A stretch of 64,000 bases of DNA, taken from contig JBEKTQ010000020.1 in NCBI GenBank assembly GCA_049515895.1, positions 11,387 to 75,386 on the forward strand. The letters run 5' to 3'. The notes below the pieces were generated by a model. That model did no database searches, had not been told where the DNA came from, and worked only from the letters and a program-made list of their open reading frames with translations. Source of the DNA: Candidatus Bathyarchaeia archaeon (lineage in GTDB: Archaea; Thermoproteota; Bathyarchaeia; Bathyarchaeales; Bathycorpusculaceae). Each line of letters opens with the position of its first letter. The stretch's first letter is position 1. The position numbers were made by a program, and so were the translations under genes. Positions 28,771 through 39,588 of this stretch are shown here, piece by piece.

Positions 28771-28784
28771 GTAACAAAAGTAGC
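28771..28784 (+). promoter_or_regulatory. Putative operator upstream of the SCP2 gene
   Basis: GTAACAAAAGTAGC followed by TGACCACATTTTAAAA; spacer nearly matches the gcvH site (TGACCACTTTA). Confidence 0.6.
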
Positions 28785-28847
28785 TGACCACATTTTAAAA
28801 CCAAATTGCATCATAAAGGAAACACAAAAAGGAGTTAAAGACAAAAA

Positions 28848-29198
28848 TTGTCAACTCAAGAAAAAGCTGATGAACTGATAAAAACTCTGACAGATAGAGT
28901 AAATGCAAAACCCGATGGGTCAAAAGGCTGGGGCGGAGCCATAATCATTAATTTCACAAATGCTGAAGAAGTTTATTTTCTGAAATTCGGCATGGACGGC
29001 AAAGTCGAAAAAGTTGATAAAGGATACCTTAAAGTAATGCAGAAAAAAGGCCCTAAAGCTACAATCAACACTACAACCGACACCGTAGACGCCATATACA
29101 GTGGAATGATTGATGGAATGGGGGCAATGATGAGCGGCGCAATAAAAGTCGACGGCCCGTTAGATGTCGTGATGAAGCTGGCGCCCGCATTTATGTAG
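28848..29198 (+). CDS. SCP2 sterol/lipid-binding domain protein
   Basis: ATINTT...SGMIDGMGAMMSGAIKVDG. Confidence 0.8.
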   Translation: MSTQEKADELIKTLTDRVNAKPDGSKGWGGAIIINFTNAEEVYFLKFGMDGKVEKVDKGYLKVMQKKGPKATINTTTDTVDAIYSGMIDGMGAMMSGAIKVDGPLDVVMKLAPAFM

Positions 29199-29242
29199 AA
29201 GCGAAACGCATTCAACAACTAAAGTCGGCGAGATGAAAAAGT

Positions 29243-29428
29243 GTGCTGCCAGAACTTGTCCCAATAATGCTAGCTATTAGCGCAATCACTCTATTGGCAA
29301 GTGTCGCTGCAATAAAGGTCGGGGCAAAAAAAATGCAGCTTTTCATGAAAGTCATGAAAGCAGTCTCGATTTTGAGCATAGTTGAGGGCATAGTCGACGT
29401 AGTAGCACTAATCACATATTTTATTTAA
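29243..29428 (+). CDS. Small membrane protein
   Basis: Two hydrophobic segments; follows SCP2 gene on the same strand. Confidence 0.4.
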   Translation: MLPELVPIMLAISAITLLASVAAIKVGAKKMQLFMKVMKAVSILSIVEGIVDVVALITYFI

Positions 29429-29586
29429 ACGCTACCACATGACGCTTAACACAAAGCGAGGCAAGCATCCTCATTTTTCCTCTGCTTTTCAAAAGCAAGC
29501 GTTTCATTTTAGTCCATAATTAATTCATATAAAAAAAACAATTAATGAAAAATCATCCTTTCTTTTTCTCAATTAAACCCGTTCAG

Positions 29587-29640
29587 GTTGGCATCAACTT
29601 TACCACAAAAAACTTTTACAGCGCCCCTAGCTGCGATTGC
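29587..29640 (-). repeat. Imperfect copy of an internal gcvH segment (29941-29993)
   Basis: gttggcatcaactttacca...ttttacagcgcc.ctagct occurs at both places. Confidence 0.75.
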
Positions 29641-30122
29641 TAGAGACCCTTGTATTCTCCACCTGTTATATCGTCCTTTGATTTTTCTGCTTCTTTCTTG
29701 AACCAATCTACAGCAGCGTCGCCGAAGAATATGTTCTTTAACTCGGCCTCGAGGTTGGATGGCTTTATAATACATAGCCACCCTGCTCCATATGGATCAT
29801 CTTTAAACGCGTTTGCTCCTCGTTTTCGAACTTCTTCGTTTACAGAAATAATTGTCCCAGACACTGGAGCAACAATCGGTCCGGTATACTTTATTGACTC
29901 TAATATCCCAAGCTTCTTTTTCTGAATTAACACTGTTCCAGTTGGCATCAACTTTACCATGAAGATTTTTACAGCGCCTCTAGCTACAATGTCATCAAAG
30001 CCTACACGGACATTTCCGTCATTCTCTTTTTTAGCCCAAACATGCTCATTATAGTATAAGTCTGGTCGAAACTTGAAACCGAAAACTTCTTCCACAGACA
30101 TCAATCTAACCTCATTTCGCAT
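29640..30122 (-). CDS. gcvH: GcvH-like lipoyl carrier protein (second copy)
   Basis: EHVW, ESIK (lipoyl Lys), APVSG, DPYGAGW. Confidence 0.9.
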   Translation of the reverse strand: MRNEVRLMSVEEVFGFKFRPDLYYNEHVWAKKENDGNVRVGFDDIVARGAVKIFMVKLMPTGTVLIQKKKLGILESIKYTGPIVAPVSGTIISVNEEVRKRGANAFKDDPYGAGWLCIIKPSNLEAELKNIFFGDAAVDWFKKEAEKSKDDITGGEYKGL

Positions 30123-30172
30123 TCGTTTACAATTTTAGAAAGAGCGTGTTTTGTCCTTATATAAAGTGGTCA

Positions 30173-30186
30173 ATTGCAAAAGTAAC
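30173..30186 (-). promoter_or_regulatory. Putative operator upstream of the second gcvH
   Basis: Minus strand reads GTTACTTTTGCAAT, 11 nt, TATAAG. Confidence 0.7.
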
Positions 30187-30228
30187 ACCCAGCAATTTTG
30201 CCCGTTGTGATTGCGGTCTGAACCCATT

Positions 30229-30347
30229 GCGGTTCAAATCCCGCCCAATCCACTTCAAACAGTTTCGAGCCTCTGCGCAAGAGTAAAATTATACATTTGA
30301 CAGCGTGCGGATTCGCTTAAATAATTAAGCGAGTCCCACCGGACCCG
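30229..30347 (+). other. tRNA 3'-half-like remnants and a 12-bp hairpin
   Basis: GGTTCAAATCCCGCCCAATCCA and CGAGTCCCACCGGACCCG resemble T-arm/acceptor ends. Hairpin GGATTCGCTTAA-ATAA-TTAAGCGAGTCC. Confidence 0.4.
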
Positions 30348-30629
30348 AACCTTGTCTAGTATGGGTCTCTATGGGAATTTGGCTCCAAATGAGGTTGGAG
30401 CTTGGCTTCAGATGTCGAGGACCCATTCCGTTTTCCACTAACGTGATTAGCATAATGCTCTGCCTCAAGAGGGCATACAACAGGTTTTAGACGGCAGAGA
30501 AAGGCATCGACTCAACGGACGTTTATAAGCACTTGTGTAATGATTTGTAAGAAGAAGAATTTGCCTGCGTCATTTTTCTGTCAGCTAAGACGGTTTAGAA
30601 CTCAAAATAAGCCCGGTTAGCGAATGCCA

Positions 30630-30790
30630 AGACCCGCGGCCTCCCCCCAAAATTACACAAAACTGTGTAATGGCCATGAGTGTTTTCGCTCTACCTGGCA
30701 TCTAGGCGGAAAACCGTCAACCCCGGACGGTCTATAACCAGTTAAACGCAAGTTCCCCCGGCTTTTCGCGCCTTCCTCCGAAGCATTAAA
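30630..30790. mobile_element. Structured non-coding segment, possible IS end or ncRNA
   Basis: Several stems (ATTACACA/TGTGTAAT, GTTTTC/GAAAAC, CCGTC/GACGG); abuts a 5'-truncated gene. Confidence 0.35.
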
Positions 30791-30800
30791 GTCGGTTGCG

Positions 30801-31019
30801 TTGGGAACAGTTGAAAGGGTTTCTTCAATTCTAATGCATTTCGCTTGGGGTTACTTGTGCTTCATGTCAGTCATCTTCCACAAAAAGCGGTTATTTCTCA
30901 TTGCATTGCCAATGGGGTTTGTTGACTTTTTAGTTCCTTTTGCCTCAAACATGGGCATTGTAGTTTTCGAAGTTGTTGTGTTCACGTTGGCTGTTCTTAC
31001 ACTTCTTGTAGCTTGGTAA
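30801..31019 (+). pseudogene. 3' fragment of a YhfC/PrsW-like intramembrane protease
   Basis: ERVSSILMHFAWG motif with transmembrane segments; N-terminal part missing. Confidence 0.6.
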
Positions 31020-31138
31020 GCAGTGAAGCATGTACCAAAGAGCTCCGAAGACAACACCTTAACTCCCAAAGTTTGCATTAAAAATGCACAAAGCTTATCC
31101 ATAACTCGACACGAAATAGCCTTCGAGAGAGGGTCAAC

Positions 31139-31930
31139 TTGTCGTTTGAATCAGGAAGAAAACTAGGGTTAACAGCCAGCTTGATAGCAGTCGCTGTGCC
31201 AGTCATCACGGTTATTTTGTACGGTTTTCTTTTCTTGTCCTTCTTTCGAATAGGTACTCCGGCTACAAGTGGAGGGACCTATGGCGGCTCACTCCTTCCC
31301 GCTGGAATATTCTTTGCCTTTATCGCTATCGGAATTATCGGTTTCATTGGAATCATACTGTTTCTCGTTGCGATGCACAGGTTAAGCCAGTATTACAGTG
31401 AACCCGGCATCTTCAAAAATGCACTTTATGGCTTTCTGATAAATATAGTGGGTATAGCGGTCTTAATTGTGATCTTGTTTGCGCTTCTATTTGCGGCGAT
31501 TTTCTCTCTTGCTGCCAGACCCACGCTGAACTTCTCTCCTTTTGGATTTATCTTCGGGTTTTTGGGGCTCTTTGCTGCGATTTTTGTTGTAGCGATAGTT
31601 AGTGCCGTATTTTACATGCGCGCTTTCCATAAACTGGGCGAAAAATCAGGAGTCAGCAACTTCAATACCGCAGGGACATTGTATTTAGTCGGTACCGCTC
31701 TGACAATTGTTTTGGTTGGTGGTTTAGTAGCATGGATCGCCTGGATTTTTGCGTCGTTAGGGTTCAATTCGCTGAAACCTAAAACTGCGGAATCTTCTTC
31801 TGTTTCCTATCCCACAACACAGCCGTTTCAACCAATTAGACTAGGAGAAAAGAAGTTCTGCAACCACTGCGCAGCAGAAATCAGCATTGATTCGGTGTAC
31901 TGTCCAAACTGCGGAAAAGTTCAGCAATAA
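31139..31930 (+). CDS. DUF996-like membrane protein with C-terminal zinc ribbon
   Basis: LSQYYSEPGIFKNALYG, FNTAGTLYLVG, FCNHC...YCPNCG. Confidence 0.8.
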   Translation: MSFESGRKLGLTASLIAVAVPVITVILYGFLFLSFFRIGTPATSGGTYGGSLLPAGIFFAFIAIGIIGFIGIILFLVAMHRLSQYYSEPGIFKNALYGFLINIVGIAVLIVILFALLFAAIFSLAARPTLNFSPFGFIFGFLGLFAAIFVVAIVSAVFYMRAFHKLGEKSGVSNFNTAGTLYLVGTALTIVLVGGLVAWIAWIFASLGFNSLKPKTAESSSVSYPTTQPFQPIRLGEKKFCNHCAAEISIDSVYCPNCGKVQQ

Positions 31931-32018
31931 AAACATGGCTTCTGCCTGAATTTGTCAACGACAACAAATTTTATATCTTGGTGCCCGCTCCTTTTCCGAG
32001 TAGAAGTTGTGATGCTTT

Positions 32019-32999
32019 ATGGCTGTTAAAACAACACCAGATTATATCGACTTGCTGAACCAAGCGGTTGAACGCGAATTCGGAGTTGCAGTCCAATACT
32101 TCCTTCAACACGCTAAAATGGAAAAAATCATCAAAAAACAAATCCCCGAAAACATCCTTCTAGATAAGACCACATACGACGCCGTTGGGAAAATGCTTCA
32201 TGAAATCTCCATTCAAGAAATGAAGCATGCCGCATCCATAATGGAGAGAATTTATTACCTCGGCGGCGAAGCAACCACTAAAGGCGACAAACCTGTCATC
32301 GGCGACACAATAAGTGAATTTGCCAAACTAGGCGTCGTCGCAGAGGAAGAAGCTTTGAACCTATACCGAAAAATAATCACGAAAGCGGCCGAAATGGGGG
32401 ATTGGGAAACACGGGAAATGTTCGAAAAAATCTACGGCGAAGAAGAAGATCACCTATTCAAGTTCCAAGAGTACACCGCCTTCCAGGATGAAAAAGAAGA
32501 ACCCGACAAGGTGCCCCTGTCAGAGTGGCGCAAAATATTCACTCCAGACTACTATGAACTGCTGAATAAAGCAGTTGCAGCTGAAATCGCTGGAATAATC
32601 CAGTACACTAACCAACATGAAAAAGCCGCTTTGCTGGAGCTCAGGATGAAGAAGACCCCGTTGGAAACCGTTCAAGGCACGAACTATCAGGGCGTCGTCA
32701 GCAAACTCCTCAAAGACATCTTCATACAGGAAATGCAGCATCTTGAAAAAATAAGCGAACGCATCTATCTCGTCGACGGCGAAGCAGTAACAAAGCCAAA
32801 TCCACTTCCAGTCGTGGGAAAAACAACTCTTGAGATTCTTCGGCTCGACCATCAACTTGAAGCCGACACTATCGCTCTATACCGACAGATCGTCGCTGAA
32901 GCCATGAAACGCGGCGACACAACGACAAGAAAAATCTTTGAAGACATAATTCTGCAAGAAGAAGACCATTACTGGACATTCGACGACTACGTCAGATAA
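32019..32999 (+). CDS. Ferritin-like (bacterioferritin-type) protein with two tandem domains
   Basis: Twice LLN.AV..E....QY..EM.H...I.ERI..EEDH. Confidence 0.88.
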   Translation: MAVKTTPDYIDLLNQAVEREFGVAVQYFLQHAKMEKIIKKQIPENILLDKTTYDAVGKMLHEISIQEMKHAASIMERIYYLGGEATTKGDKPVIGDTISEFAKLGVVAEEEALNLYRKIITKAAEMGDWETREMFEKIYGEEEDHLFKFQEYTAFQDEKEEPDKVPLSEWRKIFTPDYYELLNKAVAAEIAGIIQYTNQHEKAALLELRMKKTPLETVQGTNYQGVVSKLLKDIFIQEMQHLEKISERIYLVDGEAVTKPNPLPVVGKTTLEILRLDHQLEADTIALYRQIVAEAMKRGDTTTRKIFEDIILQEEDHYWTFDDYVR

Positions 33000-33100
33000 A
33001 CCCCACTTCCTTTTTTATCTTTAGGTAAAACCTGGGACATAGGTTATCCGAAAACTTAATTCCGAAGGCTATGCAACATACATATGGCAGAGGCGAAGCT

Positions 33101-33238
33101 ATGAAAGAAGAAAAACTGCCTCGTTGCATAAACTGCGGAAATTTTATCGATGATTGCAAATGCGTATGCCCATACTGCGGAGAAACTGCAAAATGCATTT
33201 GCTGCGTAGGCATCGAAAAAGCATCGGGCGGCGGGTAA
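33101..33238 (+). CDS. 45-aa Cys-rich microprotein
   Basis: Below the ORF-track cutoff. MKEEKLPRCINCGNFIDDCKCVCPYCGETAKCICCVGIEKASGGG, with GAGG upstream of the ATG. Confidence 0.75.
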   Translation: MKEEKLPRCINCGNFIDDCKCVCPYCGETAKCICCVGIEKASGGG

Positions 33239-33274
33239 CCGCTCCAAAATAAATGAAAAATTATTCGAGAGAAG

Positions 33275-36164
<2,890 letters not shown>

Positions 36165-36308
36165 AATCTTTTCCTTTTCAAAAATAGAGACGGATTAGAA
36201 GCCTTCTCCCTTTCTCCTCGATCCTTCTCCTCAACCTTTCCTTGAACAATAAACTCAAAGAAACCATATAAGCGATATTGCTGCCCTTGATATATTCCAA
36301 TTATTGCT

Positions 36309-36683
36309 TTATTCCGTTTTGTTTTCGTTTTCTTCATCGCCGTAGCATTCTGCACTGAATTTTGGTGTACAGATGCAGTAAAACACCAAGTCTGTTTTCC
36401 CGATGTTGCTTATTCTTTGGGATACCCCTGCTGGAATAACAACTAGGTCTCCATGTGTTACCTTAGTTGGCTTTATATTGCCGACATCAACTTGGGCTTC
36501 TCCACTGGTTATTAGGTATATTTCGTTGACGCCTACCAGGTGATGCGCAATCGTTGTTATTCCTGGTTTTATCCGAGCCTGTTCAATTGAAATCCCTTCG
36601 GTGCTATAGTTTTCTGTTATTAGAACGCGTTCAGGTGTGGGTGTCTCTTTCAGAGAGTTAGCTTTTACAATTTTGGGCTTCAA
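36309..36683 (-). CDS. Cupin domain protein
   Basis: HHL...EIYLI.SG...GDLVVIPAG..QRISN. Confidence 0.85.
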   Translation of the reverse strand: MKPKIVKANSLKETPTPERVLITENYSTEGISIEQARIKPGITTIAHHLVGVNEIYLITSGEAQVDVGNIKPTKVTHGDLVVIPAGVSQRISNIGKTDLVFYCICTPKFSAECYGDEENENKTE

Positions 36684-36927
36684 ATACTAACCTCAGATTT
36701 CGTTCGCATTTGGCTAAATAAAAAGTAACTATAGCTGTATATTCATATTTTGATTATGTTCCTATCGCAAAGTTTAACCCAACTATTATTTACTTAAAAA
36801 ATGGCTTTTTTCCCAAACAAGGGCGTTTTTAGATTTTTTTATTTGGAATTTTTTGTTTATTTTTCATGGTGTAGACTTTCGGATTTCATGCTATATTGCG
36901 AGATTGATGTGGAAATAACTTATATAT

Positions 36928-36975
36928 GCGCTAAATGTAGTGTGTTGTCAAGACCGTCGACACTACGTATATATC
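36928..36975 (+). promoter_or_regulatory. Tandem NrdR boxes downstream of TATA (36920-36927)
   Basis: GCGCTAAATGTAGTGT (36928) and weaker ACACTACGTATATATC (36960), 32 bp apart, resemble acaCwAtATaTwGtgt. Confidence 0.65.
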
Positions 36976-36998
36976 AAAGCATGGAACATGTATAAGGT

Positions 36999-37448
36999 AT
37001 GAGATGTCCATACTGCAACTCTGAGAACTCCAAAACTTTGGAAACGCGTGATTCTCCAGAAAACACTACGCGCAGGCGAAGAGAATGTGTCAGCTGTGGA
37101 AAACGCTTCACAACTTACGAGTACGTTGAAACCGTTGAGCTTATGGTCAGGAAAAAAGATGACAGGCTTGAACGATTCGATGTTAACAAAATAATCCGTG
37201 GCTTGCAGAAAGCGTGCGAGAAGAGGCCTGTTACAATGAGCCAAATCAACGTGTTAGCCGAACAGGTGAGGCAAGACTTGATGCTTAAAGACGTACAAGA
37301 AGTTGAGTCGCAGGAAATCGGCGACTTAATCATGATGCATCTGAAGAAAGTCGACCGTATAGCGTACATTCGGTTTGCGTCGGTTTACAAGCAATTTGAG
37401 GAGCCTGAAGATTTCAGGCGGTTACTACTTGAGGTGAAAAAACAATGA
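36999..37448 (+). CDS. nrdR: Transcriptional repressor NrdR
   Basis: MRCPYC, RRRREC..CGKRFTTYE, ATP cone, YIRFASVY. Confidence 0.97.
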   Translation: MRCPYCNSENSKTLETRDSPENTTRRRRECVSCGKRFTTYEYVETVELMVRKKDDRLERFDVNKIIRGLQKACEKRPVTMSQINVLAEQVRQDLMLKDVQEVESQEIGDLIMMHLKKVDRIAYIRFASVYKQFEEPEDFRRLLLEVKKQ

Positions 37449-39571
37449 AGTTCGTCTTAAAACGTGATAGTAAATTAGAACCCTTCGATCAAGAGCGCAT
37501 AACGACCGCTATTTGGAAAGCGGCAAAAGCATGCGGCGGAAGGGACAAAGAGCAAGCGAAGCGCGTAAGCGATGAAGTAGTCGCGGAACTCCAAAAGACC
37601 TACGGGGACGACGGCGTACCAACGGTTGAGGAAATCCAGGACGTCGTTGAAAAACGTTTGATCGAAAACGGACATGCGCAAACGGCGAAAGCCTACATTT
37701 TGTACCGTAAACAGCATAGTGACATGCGTGAGTTGGCTGCGCTTCTGAGTTCTTCAGATATGGTTGATCAGTACCTTGAGGTTGAGGATTGGCGTGTTAA
37801 AGAGAACAGCAACATGAGCTATTCACTACAGGGGCTGAACAATTATTTGTCATCCACAGTGATAGCAAAATATTGGATATCAAGAATTTACCCGCAAAAT
37901 ATTGCTGACGCTCACTTTTCAGGCGACATGCACATCCACGACTTAGGCGTCTTAGGCGCTTACTGCGTCGGCTGGGACGTAAGCGAGTTGTTGATGGCTG
38001 GATTCGGAGGTGTTCCAGGCAAAATTGAGAGCAAGCCAGCAAAACACTTCCGTACTGCGCTGGGTCAAGTAGTGAATTTCTTCTATACGCTGCAGGGCGA
38101 AGCAGCTGGCGCGCAAGCGTTCAGCAACTTTGACACTTATCTTGCTCCGTTCATACGGTACGACCATCTCAACCAAAAGGATGTGGAGCAAGCGCTTCAG
38201 GAGTTCTTCTTCAACATGAATGTGCCGACCCGTGTAGGTTTCCAGACGCCATTCACCAATTTAACGTTGGATTTGGTTGTGCCGGACTTCATGAAAAATG
38301 AGGCTGTACTATTCAACGGCAAGGTAACACAGGACACTTACGGTGACATGACTAAGGAAATGGAAATGTTCAATTTAGCCTTCGCTGAAGTCATGTGTCA
38401 AGGCGACTCGAAAGGCAGAGTCTTCACCTTTCCCATTCCCACGTACAACATAACCAAAGACTTCACTTGGGATTCGCCGGTGGCACAGGCAATCTTCGAA
38501 GTTACTGCAAAGTACGGTGTACCCTACTTCTCAAACTTCGTTAACAGCGACATGAAACCCGAGGATGTACGAAGCATGTGCTGCCGCCTGCGCATAGACA
38601 ACCGTGAACTACGCAAGCGGGGTGGGGGATTCTTCGGCGCTAACCCATTAACTGGCAGCATAGGCGTTGTAACCCTAAACATTCCCAGAATCGGCTACTT
38701 GTCCAAGGATGAGGACGACTTCTTTGAACGTTTAGAGAAGCTAATGGAAACTGCTAAAGAAAGCTTGGAAATTAAACGCAAGGTGCTTGAAGCATTCACA
38801 GACAACGGCTTGTACCCATATTCCCGCCGTTACCTGAGGCATATAAAAGAGGGGTATGGCAAGTACTGGAAGAACCATTTTTCGACCATAGGCATAGTCG
38901 GTGTCAACGAAGCAATCATAAACCTGCTTGGGCAAAACATTGCGTCGCGTGATGGGCAAGCCTTCGCCGTTAAAATGTTAGATTTCATGCGTAACCGTTT
39001 AGCAGATTATCAGGAGGATACCGGCTGCATCTATAATCTTGAGGCAACCCCTGCTGAAGGCACCTCTTACCGGCTTGCCCGCATAGATAAACGCCGATAC
39101 AAAGACATCATATTCGCCAACCAAAGACAAGTAGTGGCTGACCATGCAGAACCGTTCTACACGAATTCGTCCCAGTTGCCAGTTGATTTTGCAGGCGACC
39201 TCTTCGAAGCTTTAGAGCACCAGGAAAGTTTGCAGACACTCTACACTGGAGGCACAGTCTTCCACATCTTCCTCGGTGAGAGGCTTAACTCTTGGAAATC
39301 TGCCGCTGAACTCATCAAGAAAGTAGCTTGGAACTCAAAGCTGCCGTACTTCACGTTAACGCCGACTTTCAGTGTTTGCCCAACCCACGGCTACACAAAC
39401 GGCGAGCACAAGATTTGCCCAACCTGCGGAGCAAACTGCGAAGTCTACTCAAGAGTAGTCGGCTACCTACGGCCAGTTGACCAATGGAACGATGGAAAAC
39501 AGGCCGAATTCGCAATGCGCAAAACCTTCGACCGATCAACAATAATGTCTTCAGCGCCCTTAACAAGTTAG
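37445..39571 (+). CDS. nrdD: Class III anaerobic ribonucleotide reductase
   Basis: ATP cone, HIHDL, SMCCRL, EATPAEG, YSRVVGY glycyl-radical motif. Confidence 0.97.
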   Translation: MKFVLKRDSKLEPFDQERITTAIWKAAKACGGRDKEQAKRVSDEVVAELQKTYGDDGVPTVEEIQDVVEKRLIENGHAQTAKAYILYRKQHSDMRELAALLSSSDMVDQYLEVEDWRVKENSNMSYSLQGLNNYLSSTVIAKYWISRIYPQNIADAHFSGDMHIHDLGVLGAYCVGWDVSELLMAGFGGVPGKIESKPAKHFRTALGQVVNFFYTLQGEAAGAQAFSNFDTYLAPFIRYDHLNQKDVEQALQEFFFNMNVPTRVGFQTPFTNLTLDLVVPDFMKNEAVLFNGKVTQDTYGDMTKEMEMFNLAFAEVMCQGDSKGRVFTFPIPTYNITKDFTWDSPVAQAIFEVTAKYGVPYFSNFVNSDMKPEDVRSMCCRLRIDNRELRKRGGGFFGANPLTGSIGVVTLNIPRIGYLSKDEDDFFERLEKLMETAKESLEIKRKVLEAFTDNGLYPYSRRYLRHIKEGYGKYWKNHFSTIGIVGVNEAIINLLGQNIASRDGQAFAVKMLDFMRNRLADYQEDTGCIYNLEATPAEGTSYRLARIDKRRYKDIIFANQRQVVADHAEPFYTNSSQLPVDFAGDLFEALEHQESLQTLYTGGTVFHIFLGERLNSWKSAAELIKKVAWNSKLPYFTLTPTFSVCPTHGYTNGEHKICPTCGANCEVYSRVVGYLRPVDQWNDGKQAEFAMRKTFDRSTIMSSAPLTS

Positions 39572-39588
39572 GGAGGAAATTATGCAGA

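Noticed and set aside
20935-30122. Standard glycine cleavage system
   Set aside because: No P, T or L protein genes in the window; they could still lie elsewhere in the genome.
30200-30350. Intact tRNA gene
   Set aside because: Only 3'-half-like motifs; no D-arm, anticodon arm or pairing 5' acceptor strand found.
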